From contig DDZS01000035.1 in NCBI GenBank assembly GCA_002346425.1, positions 45,835 through 109,834 on the forward strand: 64,000 nt of DNA. The letters are read 5' to 3'. The position numbers and the translations under genes were made by a program. This stretch comes from Alphaproteobacteria bacterium UBA3002. GTDB taxonomy: Bacteria; Pseudomonadota; Alphaproteobacteria; Rickettsiales; UBA3002. The notes beneath the pieces are model-generated. The model saw only the letters and a program-made list of their open reading frames with translations. It was not told the origin of the DNA and did no database searches. Positions 9,036 to 18,384 of the stretch are shown here, in pieces (the stretch's first letter is position 1; each line of letters opens with the position of its first letter).

Positions 9036-9971
9036 TCAGGCGGCTTTATCGCTCGTTAGCTCGCGGAAAATGTCTTCGAGGTCGACTTCGCGGGTGGTGA
9101 GATCGTGAATGTGATAGCCCGCATCGCGGACTTTGGTGATAAGTTCGTCGAAGGAAATCTTGCTCGGCTGATATTTGACGCAAAGCTGCGTGTCGTTGGA
9201 CTGATATTGCAGACCGCAGAGATTTTCATTTTCGGTAAAAGGTTTGTCCAGCGTCAGAATGAGTTCCTTGCTGTCGACGCCCTTCATCAGCGCATCCTTG
9301 CGGTCGCGGCGGATGATTTCGCCGTGATTAATGATGGCGATTTCATCGCAGAGTTCTTCGGCCTCTTCCAAGTAATGCGTGGTCAGGAGAATCGTCGTGC
9401 CCTGCGCGTTCAGCTCGCGCACATATTTCCACAAAGATTGCCGCAGTTCAACATCGACCCCGGCAGTCGGTTCATCAAGAATCAGCACGTCGGGCTGATG
9501 CACCAGTGCTTTTCCGATCAGCAGGCGACGGCGCATCCCGCCCGAGAGGCGGCGGGCATTGACATCCGCCTTGTCGGCAAGGCCCATGGCATTGATAATT
9601 TCCTGCGTGCGCCGCTTGGATTTGGGCACGCCATAGTAACCCGCGTTAATTTCCAGCGCCTGCCGCACCGTGAAAAAGGTGTCGATGATCAATTCCTGCG
9701 GCACCACGCCGATCGACAGGTTGGCGGCGCGGGTATCGCTATCCAAATCATGGCCGCAAATCTCAACTGTGCCGCCGCTTTTGATCACCAGACCGGCGAG
9801 AATATTGATCAGCGTGGATTTTCCGGCCCCATTCGGCCCGAGCAGCCCGAAAAACGACCCGCGCGGGATTTCAAGGTCAATGCCCTTCAGCGCTACTTTC
9901 TCTTCGGCCTTTTTGCCGTCGCGATAGGTTTTACGTAAGGAAGATACACGGATGGCGGGGGCGAGACTCAT
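9036..9971 (-). CDS. ABC transporter ATP-binding protein (ABC-2/DrrA-like exporter type with C-terminal extension)
   Basis: Walker A GPNGAGKST, signature LSGGMRRR and Walker B ILILDEPT are present. The start is uncertain (ATG at 9971 or TTG at 9989; neither has a clear SD). No permease gene is adjacent. Confidence 0.85.
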   Translation of the reverse strand: MSLAPAIRVSSLRKTYRDGKKAEEKVALKGIDLEIPRGSFFGLLGPNGAGKSTLINILAGLVIKSGGTVEICGHDLDSDTRAANLSIGVVPQELIIDTFFTVRQALEINAGYYGVPKSKRRTQEIINAMGLADKADVNARRLSGGMRRRLLIGKALVHQPDVLILDEPTAGVDVELRQSLWKYVRELNAQGTTILLTTHYLEEAEELCDEIAIINHGEIIRRDRKDALMKGVDSKELILTLDKPFTENENLCGLQYQSNDTQLCVKYQPSKISFDELITKVRDAGYHIHDLTTREVDLEDIFRELTSDKAA

Positions 9972-10013
9972 GGCAGGAATATGGGCCAACGGAAGGTAAT
10001 AATCAAGCGCACC

Positions 10014-10436
10014 CTAGCGCCCGTGCGCGGCACCCGCCCCCGTGTCGGGCTGATCATAACTGGAAATAGCCGGATTAATCGGCTCAAGCGCGTGCATCAG
10101 GCTGCCACTGGCGGCTTGACTGTTACCATAGCGGCGGCTGCTTTCATGCAGCAGTACATCATAGTAGCGTACCAGCGTAGCGTAAGTAATGCCTTTAGAG
10201 CGCGGTAATTTGGCGATTACTATTCCCTCCACCTCTGCGGTCCAGGCTTTCAAGACGTAATGCTGACCATCCCTGTCCAGACGCCCGGTAATGCAGACCT
10301 GCGTGCCCCCTCCCCGTCTCCGGCTGGCAATTAAACACGTGTCGCCGGATCGATTCACATGAGTTAGCGGAAAAGGTAACCCAGGGGGTTTTTGGCGAAT
10401 ATCGCAGGCGAGGGTGCTGGTTGCTGACATGCCCAA
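10014..10436 (-). CDS. hypothetical protein (140 aa), no family recognised
   Basis: The ORF sits in the gap between der and the ABC ATPase on the same strand. A TTG start at 10436 has GGGAG 7 nt upstream; an alternative ATG is at 10430. Composition resembles the neighbours. I recognise no motif. Confidence 0.45.
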   Translation of the reverse strand: MGMSATSTLACDIRQKPPGLPFPLTHVNRSGDTCLIASRRRGGGTQVCITGRLDRDGQHYVLKAWTAEVEGIVIAKLPRSKGITYATLVRYYDVLLHESSRRYGNSQAASGSLMHALEPINPAISSYDQPDTGAGAAHGR

Positions 10437-10478
10437 TCTGTAGCTCCCAACTATGACAATTTCATGACGGTTTTGCGT

Positions 10479-11831
10479 TTATCTTCCGTCATCGTCATAC
10501 GGGTTTTTCCCCTTGCGCAACACCACGCGGATTGGCACTCCGGGCAGGTTGAAATCCTTGCGCAACCCGTTGATGAGGTAGCGGCGATAGGATTCGGCCA
10601 GATGCGCCATATTCAAATGCAACGCAAAGGTAGGGGGGCGCGTTTTCATTTGCGTCATATATTTCAGTTTGACGCGGCGATTGTTCTTTCCCAAAGGTGG
10701 GGTGTGCGTGGCGGTCATATCCGCCAGCCAGTCATTCAGCTTGGCTGTCGGAATCCGCTGATTCCAGACTTCATACATCTGGAACGCCGCGTCTAACACC
10801 GTCGTTATGCCCTTTTTATGTTCCGCGGAAATCGTCACAATCGGCAAATCGCGGAATTGCGGCATGACTTCGTCGACCCGGAAAGCAACCTCGCGCAGGA
10901 GGGGCTCACGATCCTCTTGCGCCACCTGGTCCCACTTATTCAATACCAACACGCAGGCCCTGCCCTCTTCGCCAATCATATCGGCGATTTGCAAATCCTG
11001 CTTTTCCATAGGCATGGTCGCGTCCATCATCAACACCACCACATGCGCAAATTGAATCGCGCGGCGCGTGTCGGCAACCGCTAGCTTTTCGACTTTTTCA
11101 TGAATATTCGCCTTGCGGCGCATGCCTGCGGTATCGACGAGTTTTAGCGGTTGGTCTTTATACAAATAATCCACCGCAATCGCATCACGCGTAATTCCCG
11201 CCTCTGGGCCGGTCAGCAGGCGATCTTCGTTGAGAAGGGCGTTGATATAGGTGGATTTACCGACATTAGGGCGACCGCAAATTGCCAATTGCATGATCGG
11301 TGGCGTGCTATCTTCGTCTTCCGATTCCTCCGGCGGCTCTCCGACATGTTCGACGATGGCGTCATACAACTCGCCTAAGCCCATGCCATGTTCAGCAGAA
11401 AACAGGATCGGTGCGCCCAGACCCAATTCATAGGCTTCGCGTGCCCCTTCCTGCGCTTTTTTCACATCGGCTTTGTTGGCGAGCAAGACGACAGGCTTGC
11501 CGCTGCGCCGTACGATTTCGGCAAAATGCGCATCTGGCGGCGTAATCCCTGCCGTCGCGTCGAAGACAAGCAGCACCAGATCGGCATCGGTAATGGCTGC
11601 CAGAGTTTGCTTGGTCATACGATCGGCCAAACTATCTTTTTCCGCCTGCTCCAGCCCGGCAGTATCTAAAATCGTAAACTCCAGCGGGCCAATTGACCCG
11701 TCGCCCGGACGGCGGTCACGCGTCACCCCCGGCTGATTGTCGACCAGCGCATGGCGCGTGCCCGTCAGGCGGTTAAACAGGGTCGATTTGCCGACATTCG
11801 GTCGGCCCAGTATCGCAATTGTCGGCTTCAT
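10479..11831 (-). CDS. der: ribosome-associated GTPase Der (EngA), double GTPase domain
   Basis: Two G domains ([12 protein letters not shown] and GRPNVGKSTYIN; DTAG motif twice; NK.D twice) plus a KH-like C terminus. Confidence 0.95.
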   Translation of the reverse strand: MKPTIAILGRPNVGKSTLFNRLTGTRHALVDNQPGVTRDRRPGDGSIGPLEFTILDTAGLEQAEKDSLADRMTKQTLAAITDADLVLLVFDATAGITPPDAHFAEIVRRSGKPVVLLANKADVKKAQEGAREAYELGLGAPILFSAEHGMGLGELYDAIVEHVGEPPEESEDEDSTPPIMQLAICGRPNVGKSTYINALLNEDRLLTGPEAGITRDAIAVDYLYKDQPLKLVDTAGMRRKANIHEKVEKLAVADTRRAIQFAHVVVLMMDATMPMEKQDLQIADMIGEEGRACVLVLNKWDQVAQEDREPLLREVAFRVDEVMPQFRDLPIVTISAEHKKGITTVLDAAFQMYEVWNQRIPTAKLNDWLADMTATHTPPLGKNNRRVKLKYMTQMKTRPPTFALHLNMAHLAESYRRYLINGLRKDFNLPGVPIRVVLRKGKNPYDDDGR

Positions 11832-13138
11832 TATTCGTACCGCGTTAAAGTTGCGTCGGCATTTAGCAGATAAAGTGCGCCTTGGGCGATAACTGGCGTG
11901 GTGCGTACCCCGTCATCGACGTCGATTGCCTGCACCTGCACGCCGGTATTGAGGTCAAACACACGGATTTCACCAATATCATTGGCTAGCAGCACCGCCC
12001 CGTTGACCACCAGTGGCGCGGTATAATAAGGACGCGTTTCCTCTTCCGCACGCGCCAGATCGGTCACCCATTTGATGGCTTTGTCGCGGCGATTCACGGC
12101 CACTAGCTTGGCGTCCGATGTCAGTACTATAAGATAATCTTCCGCAATCCACGGGGTTTGATATCCGGCAATTTCCATATCCCATATTCCTCGGCCCGTT
12201 GTCAGTCGGTTGGCGACCATCAGGCCGTTATTGCTCAATGCATAGACAATCCCATCGCGTATCAGCGGCGTCGCGTCAATCCCGCTTAAATTCGAGCTGG
12301 CGCTGGTATGCCGTGACACGCTTAGTGTATCCGACCAAAGCACATAGCCATCTTCCGCGCGCAACGCGACCAATTCGCCCGACGTATAGCCCGCTATCAC
12401 GAAGCCATTCTGATACGCAGGCGTCATACTGCCGAGATAGAGCGCATTTTCGCGAATCCCGCGATGCGTCCAGATCAGCTTTCCGCTCTCCTGATCATAG
12501 GCCAGAAGCTTGTTTTCAATCGTTATCGCAAAAACCAGCGTATCCCCCGGTGTCGCCGGTGCGCGGAAAGGCACGTCGGGATGCTTATGCCATAACACCT
12601 CGCCAGTCAGGGCATTGAGCGCCGCAATATCGCCATAACCTGAAGTGACAAATAATTTGCCATTCTGCAGTGATAATCCTCCGCCCGCGGTTTCCGGCTC
12701 GTCTTCGCGCACCAGCTCGCTGGAACGCCAGACCACTTCGTCGATTTCTTTTAGGCGATGCGCGCTGATATAGCCGCGCGAATCCATCGCATAGAGCAGC
12801 TCGCCTTCGATCACCGGTTGCGGCACTACCGGGGTTTCCCAGTCATTGCCCTCGCCGACGCTTGCGCTTTCACGCTCCTGCAAACTACGTACCGCCAGTT
12901 GATCGGCGCCGATGGTTTGCAATGCGGTTTCATACAAAAAATCGCGGTTTAACTGCGGTGCGGGAAGCTTTAGCGTTTCTTCTTCTAAAAGCGGGTCAGG
13001 CTGCAATTGATTGGTGTAATCCAACACCGCAATCCGCTCGCCGGGTAACTTTACTTCCTGCGCATCTTCATTGCCCAGCCAATCGGGCACGTCGCAGGCA
13101 GCGAGCGCCAAAAGCAGGCCAAGTGCCAAAAAACGCAC
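11831..13138 (-). CDS. bamB: outer membrane protein assembly factor BamB (PQQ-like beta-propeller lipoprotein)
   Basis: Lipoprotein signal MRFLALGLLLALAAC, repeated beta-propeller blades, and the conserved yfgM-bamB-der order. Its stop overlaps the der start by 1 nt. Confidence 0.85.
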   Translation of the reverse strand: MRFLALGLLLALAACDVPDWLGNEDAQEVKLPGERIAVLDYTNQLQPDPLLEEETLKLPAPQLNRDFLYETALQTIGADQLAVRSLQERESASVGEGNDWETPVVPQPVIEGELLYAMDSRGYISAHRLKEIDEVVWRSSELVREDEPETAGGGLSLQNGKLFVTSGYGDIAALNALTGEVLWHKHPDVPFRAPATPGDTLVFAITIENKLLAYDQESGKLIWTHRGIRENALYLGSMTPAYQNGFVIAGYTSGELVALRAEDGYVLWSDTLSVSRHTSASSNLSGIDATPLIRDGIVYALSNNGLMVANRLTTGRGIWDMEIAGYQTPWIAEDYLIVLTSDAKLVAVNRRDKAIKWVTDLARAEEETRPYYTAPLVVNGAVLLANDIGEIRVFDLNTGVQVQAIDVDDGVRTTPVIAQGALYLLNADATLTRYE

Positions 13139-13143
13139 GGCGC

Positions 13144-13758
13144 TTATTCATCCCCCCGCTGCGATGCCAGATAATCCTGCAGCGGTTCAAGACGGTTTTG
13201 CTGAATCACGCTGGAAGCTTCGGGCAATGTGACGTCTTTTTCGCCCGCTTGCAGCGCTTCGGCAGCGACCATTTCATCGATATACGGTTTCATCGCCCCG
13301 TCATTACTGGCACAATCCGGCACTTCCTGAGGACGCTGGGCAACCAGCTGACTACAGGCCAGTTGCGCCAGGACACTATCGCGTGATGCGACATGCTCCA
13401 ATGCGGGCAGCGCAACCTCTGGATCTTGAAGAACCGCTGCAACTTCAACCAATTTTAGCGCGGCAAGGGTTGCCAATGGGTGCGTGCTATCGGCCACCGG
13501 GGCCAGCAATTCCTGCGCTTCTTTGGCACTCGCCTCATCGCGCGCATCTAACAGGCGATTGGCTTTCCATAAGGCATCGCTATAGGCGCTGGATTGGGCA
13601 TTCTGCTCATTTTTCCAATATAAAAACGCCGCCGCCAGCACGACTACCAAACCAATCAGCACCGCAATCGTTTTGCCGTAACTCGTCCAAAAATCCTGCA
13701 TGCGTTGATCGCGCAATGCCTGATCGACTTCGCGCATCAATCCATCATCTTGTGCCAT
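13144..13758 (-). CDS. YfgM-like membrane-anchored TPR-like protein
   Basis: A single N-terminal TM (IAVLIGLVVVLAAAFLYW) is followed by a helical Ala-rich domain. The position immediately upstream of bamB-der matches other Proteobacteria. Confidence 0.6.
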   Translation of the reverse strand: MAQDDGLMREVDQALRDQRMQDFWTSYGKTIAVLIGLVVVLAAAFLYWKNEQNAQSSAYSDALWKANRLLDARDEASAKEAQELLAPVADSTHPLATLAALKLVEVAAVLQDPEVALPALEHVASRDSVLAQLACSQLVAQRPQEVPDCASNDGAMKPYIDEMVAAEALQAGEKDVTLPEASSVIQQNRLEPLQDYLASQRGDE

Positions 13759-13761
13759 TGT

Positions 13762-15312
13762 TTACTCCCATTCAATCGTGCCCGGAGGCTTGCTCGTAAT
13801 GTCGTATACCACGCGGTTAATGCCATTAACACGGTTAATAATCCGCGTGGCCACCTCGCCCAAAAAGTCGTGTTCGAACGGATAATAATCCGCCGTCATC
13901 CCATCCGTTGAGGTCACGGCGCGCAATGCGCAGGTAAAATCATAGGTGCGGCCATCGCCCATTACGCCGACCGTACGTACCGGTAGCAAGACCGCAAAAG
14001 CCTGCCAAATCTGGTCGTATAACCCCGCCTCGCGGATGGCTTCGATGAAAATCGCATCGGCTTTACGCAATAACTCCAGCTTTTCCCGCGAAATTTCGCC
14101 GGGCACGCGTATGCCCAAGCCCGGACCCGGGAAAGGATGACGGCTGATCATGCTTTCTTCCATGCCAAGCTCCAGCCCTAAGGCGCGTACTTCGTCCTTA
14201 AATAATGCGCGCACCGGCTCAATCAGCTTGAGATTCATGCGTTCCGGCAGACCGCCAACATTATGATGCGACTTGATGGTAACGCTCGGACCGCCATGGA
14301 AGGAGATCGATTCAATCACATCCGGATATAAGGTGCCTTGCGCCAGAAAATCCGCGCCACCAATTTTTTCCGCTTCTTCTTCAAAGACTTCAATAAAAGT
14401 TTCGCCAATAATTTTTCGTTTACGCTCTGGGTCGCTCACGCCTACCAGTTTGGTCAAAAACCGTTCGGAAGCATTAACCTGCGTGACAGGGACGCCCAGC
14501 TTACCGGTCAGATCAGCATAGACACGCTCGGCTTCATTCAGGCGCAGCAACCCATTATCCACGAAAATACAATATAACTGGTCACCAATCGCCTGATGCA
14601 ACAACGTGGCGACGACGGAGGAATCGACCCCACCACTGACTGCACAGAGCACTTTGCCATCGCCGACTTCGGCCCGGATATGCGCCATTTCTTCTTTACG
14701 AAACGCTGCCATGTTCCAATCTGCCGCACATTCGCAAATCGTGATCGCAAAATTCTTAAGAAAAGCCGCGCCCAGCACGGTATGCATGACTTCCGGGTGG
14801 AATTGCACGCCATATAATTGACGCGTGTCGTCGCAAATCGCGGCAAAACTTGAGGTATCCGTGGTCGCGGTCACCCGAAAACCCTCTGGCACCGCGGTGA
14901 CTTTGTCGCCATGGCTCATCCAGACCTGACTGACCTCTCCCGGCGCAACCGCCCCCGAGAACAAGGGGTTGTCGGCTTCGATTTTTAATTGCGCGCGCCC
15001 AAATTCCCGATGATCGGAGGCTTCCACCCGCCCGCCTAGCTTGCTGCACATCAATTGTTGGCCATAACATATTCCAAGCACAGGAATTCCCAGCTCAAAA
15101 ATAGCCGGGTCGACATCCGGAGAATCTTGCGTGCCAACCGAGGCGGGTCCACCGGATAAGATGATGCCTTTCGGCTGAAATGCCATGATCGTCTCCAGTG
15201 GGGTAATGCAAGGCTTAACCTCGCAGAATACCTGCGCTTCGCGCACGCGCCGTGCGATCAATTGCGTGAATTGGGAACCAAAATCGAGTATCAATATTTT
15301 GTCGTGCGACAT
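13762..15312 (-). CDS. guaA: GMP synthase (glutamine-hydrolysing)
   Basis: 516 aa. GATase domain (ICYGQQL, HPE), ATP-PPase P-loop SGGVDSSV, and the C-terminal ending PPGTIEWE. Confidence 0.96.
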   Translation of the reverse strand: MSHDKILILDFGSQFTQLIARRVREAQVFCEVKPCITPLETIMAFQPKGIILSGGPASVGTQDSPDVDPAIFELGIPVLGICYGQQLMCSKLGGRVEASDHREFGRAQLKIEADNPLFSGAVAPGEVSQVWMSHGDKVTAVPEGFRVTATTDTSSFAAICDDTRQLYGVQFHPEVMHTVLGAAFLKNFAITICECAADWNMAAFRKEEMAHIRAEVGDGKVLCAVSGGVDSSVVATLLHQAIGDQLYCIFVDNGLLRLNEAERVYADLTGKLGVPVTQVNASERFLTKLVGVSDPERKRKIIGETFIEVFEEEAEKIGGADFLAQGTLYPDVIESISFHGGPSVTIKSHHNVGGLPERMNLKLIEPVRALFKDEVRALGLELGMEESMISRHPFPGPGLGIRVPGEISREKLELLRKADAIFIEAIREAGLYDQIWQAFAVLLPVRTVGVMGDGRTYDFTCALRAVTSTDGMTADYYPFEHDFLGEVATRIINRVNGINRVVYDITSKPPGTIEWE

Positions 15313-15454
15313 GCTGCCTTATGCCCGCTTTGTGGTAATTATGTCAAAGAGATTCCATAACCTTGTCATAAAACTGTAACCTCTTTATTAAGAAATTTAA
15401 CTTGCTCCGGCAATTCAGGCATATTAGGAAGCAGTCAAAGTTAGGCAAGGTAAT

Positions 15455-16372
15455 ATGAAATACATTACGATCATTTTAGCGTTGGTTCTCGCTTTGGGCG
15501 CCGCGTTTCTCGTAAGTCAGTTTATGGGAGGTGATGATGCGCCTCCTCCTGTAGCGACTCAGCAACCCGCACAACCTGTAGCGATGCAGCAAGCGCCGGA
15601 AACCCAAGTGGTGGACGTCTATGTGGCCGCTCGCCAGATTCCGATCGGTACGCAAATCACCGAAGAAATGCTGACTACGCAACCTTGGCCTGAGCATTTA
15701 CAAGTTCCCGGCTTCGTTACCGGACCGGAAGAAGGACGTAAATTGGTAGGGATGATCACCCGCGCCCAGTTTGAGCGCGATGAACCGATCGTTCAAAGTA
15801 AGCTGGTTAATCCGGAAGACCCTAACTTCTTAGCCAATGCGCTGCCTGCGGGCAAACGTATGGTTACCATCGAAACCGATGTGGTTTCTGCCGTAGGCGG
15901 CTTTGTGTTCCCGGGCGACCGCGTGGACCTGCTGTTTACGTATGATGTCGATCTGGAAGAATTAAGCGAAGATGATGATTATGAGGGCATGACCAGCATC
16001 AACGCCACAGAAACATTGATTTATAATATCCGCGTGCTTGCGACCGATCAGCAAGCAACCGCTGGCATCAATCCCGATACAGGGATTGTGGTGCCGCAGT
16101 CGGTTTCGCTGGAAGTATCGCCGGAGGATGCGCAGAAAATTCGCTTGGCCGAAGAATTGGGCACGATTTCCCTGAGCTTGCGCTCTATCAAGGATAAGGA
16201 CTCCACAGACACGATTCCGGTAGTTGATGAAACCATCATTTCGGTGGAAGATTGGGCGGCGCGTGCAGGCCAAAAAGCTGGAGATAAGGCTGACGGCGGT
16301 CAAAGCGATGATGAAATGGGTGTACGCGTGATCCGCGGCACCGAAGTAGAAGTAATAGGTGGTGAAGAATGA
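15455..16372 (+). CDS. cpaB: Flp pilus assembly protein CpaB/RcpC
   Basis: N-terminal TM anchor, a SAF-like region (VYVAARQIPIGTQITEEML), and first position in the cpaBCDEF-tadBC operon. Confidence 0.85.
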   Translation: MKYITIILALVLALGAAFLVSQFMGGDDAPPPVATQQPAQPVAMQQAPETQVVDVYVAARQIPIGTQITEEMLTTQPWPEHLQVPGFVTGPEEGRKLVGMITRAQFERDEPIVQSKLVNPEDPNFLANALPAGKRMVTIETDVVSAVGGFVFPGDRVDLLFTYDVDLEELSEDDDYEGMTSINATETLIYNIRVLATDQQATAGINPDTGIVVPQSVSLEVSPEDAQKIRLAEELGTISLSLRSIKDKDSTDTIPVVDETIISVEDWAARAGQKAGDKADGGQSDDEMGVRVIRGTEVEVIGGEE

Positions 16373-17787
16373 GCGTAACCCAAGCCGTTTCTCAATGTGT
16401 CTCGCGTTTAATGGCTGTGGTGGCCATTGCTGTGGTGGTCACGCTAAGTGCCCCGCAAGCGCAAGCCGGAGATGAAAAATTTTATGTGCCTGTCGATCGG
16501 TCGGAAGTCATTAACTCCCCGGTCGCGTTAGGTGAAGTCATCGTCGCGAATCCGGAAGTGGCGGATATTTACGTGCATGGTGAAGACCGGGTCTCAATCA
16601 TCGGACGCACACTCGGTCAAACGTCCATCCGCTTATTCGACCGTAATAACAAGCTGGTACGTGAACTCGATGTCTTCGTAACTTACGATCTGCCTGCGAT
16701 TCGTAAAGCCATCAGCCAGTTCCTGCCTTATGAGCGGATCGGCGTGGAAATGGTCAATACACGTGTTGCTTTAACCGGCGAAGTATCAAGCGCACAAAAC
16801 GCCAATTCGGCCATTGAAATTGCTAGCCAGTTTATTATCCCCTCAACCGCTCCTAGCGATTCAGTATCGGATAATCAAACCCAACGCACTCAGCAGGATT
16901 CAGTGATGAATCTGATGCGTATCAGCTCGGCCCAACAGGTGATGCTGCGTATCCGTATCGGTGAAATCAAACGTGGGGCGCTGAAACAATTAGGCTCAAC
17001 GCTTGATGTTGTAAAAAACAGTGGCGACCTGCCGTTCCAGCTATTCTCTGGCAGTGCTACGCGTAACGTCGCCTCGAAGTTTATTTCGGGCACATATAAT
17101 AATGGATCGCAAAATAGCGTTTCTGCAGCCTTAGATGCATTGCAGGAAGATAGCCTGTTCAAAGTCTTAGCTGAGCCGAATCTGGTCGCATTATCCGGCG
17201 AAGAAGCAGAGTTCCTGGCGGGTGGCGAAGTGCCGATTCCGGTCGCTGGTGAAGAAGGCGAAATCACCGTTGATTACCGCGCATTCGGTGTGTCGCTGCG
17301 CTTTACGCCTTATGTACTGTCTAAAAACCGCATTCGTATTCTCGTACAGCCGGAAGTTTCGCAACGTAACGATTCCGAAAGCCTGAATATCGGTAATGGT
17401 ATTACAGTGCCGTCATTCGACGTCCGTCGTGCCAGCACTACCGTTGAGCTTGCGCCGGGTGAAAGCTTTATGATTGCTGGTTTGCTGCAGGATACCATTG
17501 ATTCGACTATCTCTGGTGTGCCGGGTGTCAGCGAAGTGCCGATCCTTGGTGCTTTGTTCCGCAGCACGAATTTTGAACGTGAAGAAACCGAACTGGTCTT
17601 GGCTGTAACGCCTTACCTCGTCGATCCGTTAAAATCGGCGGATGTGCGCTTGCCGACGGATGATTTCCGCCCGGCCAGCTACATGGAATCTTTCTTATAC
17701 GGTGCATTAGGTACCATTCGTAACGGCGAACGTCGTATCTCTCAAACTCCGACCTTAGAGGGCCCGATCGGGTTTATGGTAGACTAG
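16369..17787 (+). CDS. cpaC: Flp pilus secretin CpaC/RcpA
   Basis: Signal peptide and a secretin C-domain (LAEPNLVALSGEEAEFLAGGEVPIP ... VPGVSEVPILGALFRS). It overlaps cpaB by 4 nt. Confidence 0.9.
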   Translation: MSVTQAVSQCVSRLMAVVAIAVVVTLSAPQAQAGDEKFYVPVDRSEVINSPVALGEVIVANPEVADIYVHGEDRVSIIGRTLGQTSIRLFDRNNKLVRELDVFVTYDLPAIRKAISQFLPYERIGVEMVNTRVALTGEVSSAQNANSAIEIASQFIIPSTAPSDSVSDNQTQRTQQDSVMNLMRISSAQQVMLRIRIGEIKRGALKQLGSTLDVVKNSGDLPFQLFSGSATRNVASKFISGTYNNGSQNSVSAALDALQEDSLFKVLAEPNLVALSGEEAEFLAGGEVPIPVAGEEGEITVDYRAFGVSLRFTPYVLSKNRIRILVQPEVSQRNDSESLNIGNGITVPSFDVRRASTTVELAPGESFMIAGLLQDTIDSTISGVPGVSEVPILGALFRSTNFEREETELVLAVTPYLVDPLKSADVRLPTDDFRPASYMESFLYGALGTIRNGERRISQTPTLEGPIGFMVD

Positions 17788-18384
17788 ATGACTTTTGTAA
17801 AACATGTAGTGTTGGTGGCCGCTCTGGCCGCATTGCAAGCGTGCTCGATTCTGCCGCCGCAGACCTTTACCGGTCATGGCGATCCGGAAAGCCTGCTCGA
17901 TGTCTCGACGGAAGTCGTCAATCTGAGCGTGCATGACCAAACTGCCGTAGACAGCCTTTCGCAATTTGTCGAGAAAGACCAACCAAGCCGCGCAGAACTC
18001 TATTGCCCAGCGCAAGCGGAGGTCTGCGAGCAAACCATGTCGATGCTCGACGTGTATGGCGTTCCGTATGAAAGCTTCCAGTCGAGCGAATATATGGTCG
18101 CCTTGGTCTATGAACGTGTCCTGACCCGCGATTGTGAAAACCGTTTTATCGATAACACGATTAACCCGTACAACATGCATTCGCCTACATTTGGCTGTAG
18201 TATGGCCGTCAACATGGCGCAAATGGTGACCGACAAGAAGCAATTCGTTCGTCCTGACCTGTTAGGCCCGATGGATGCCGTCAAAGGCGTGCAAATCTAT
18301 CGTAATTACCTAGAGCCGCCAGCGTTGCCAGAACCCGAAGGTCTAGATGGCGAATCGTTAGTACAAGATATTGAGCTGCAGTAA
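17788..18384 (+). CDS. cpaD: pilus assembly lipoprotein CpaD
   Basis: Lipobox LAALQAC and the CpaD-like C-terminal motif FGCSMAVNMAQMVTD...RPDLLGP. Operon position also fits. Confidence 0.7.
   Translation: MTFVKHVVLVAALAALQACSILPPQTFTGHGDPESLLDVSTEVVNLSVHDQTAVDSLSQFVEKDQPSRAELYCPAQAEVCEQTMSMLDVYGVPYESFQSSEYMVALVYERVLTRDCENRFIDNTINPYNMHSPTFGCSMAVNMAQMVTDKKQFVRPDLLGPMDAVKGVQIYRNYLEPPALPEPEGLDGESLVQDIELQ

Noticed and set aside
9105-9938. 277 aa ORF on the + strand
   Set aside because: It lies entirely antisense to a clear ABC ATPase with Walker A, signature and Walker B motifs. Its Arg/Gly/Phe-rich low-complexity translation is typical of a shadow ORF, and there is no RBS.
15313-15454. Search for a flp pilin gene in the cpaB leader (including the tail of ORF 15185..15379)
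   Set aside because: No short ORF here has a Flp-type leader or processing motif or a hydrophobic pilin core. The ORF mostly overlaps guaA antisense.
17755-18243. 162 aa ORF on the - strand
   Set aside because: It is antisense to cpaD inside a tightly coupled operon. It has no RBS and no recognisable motif.
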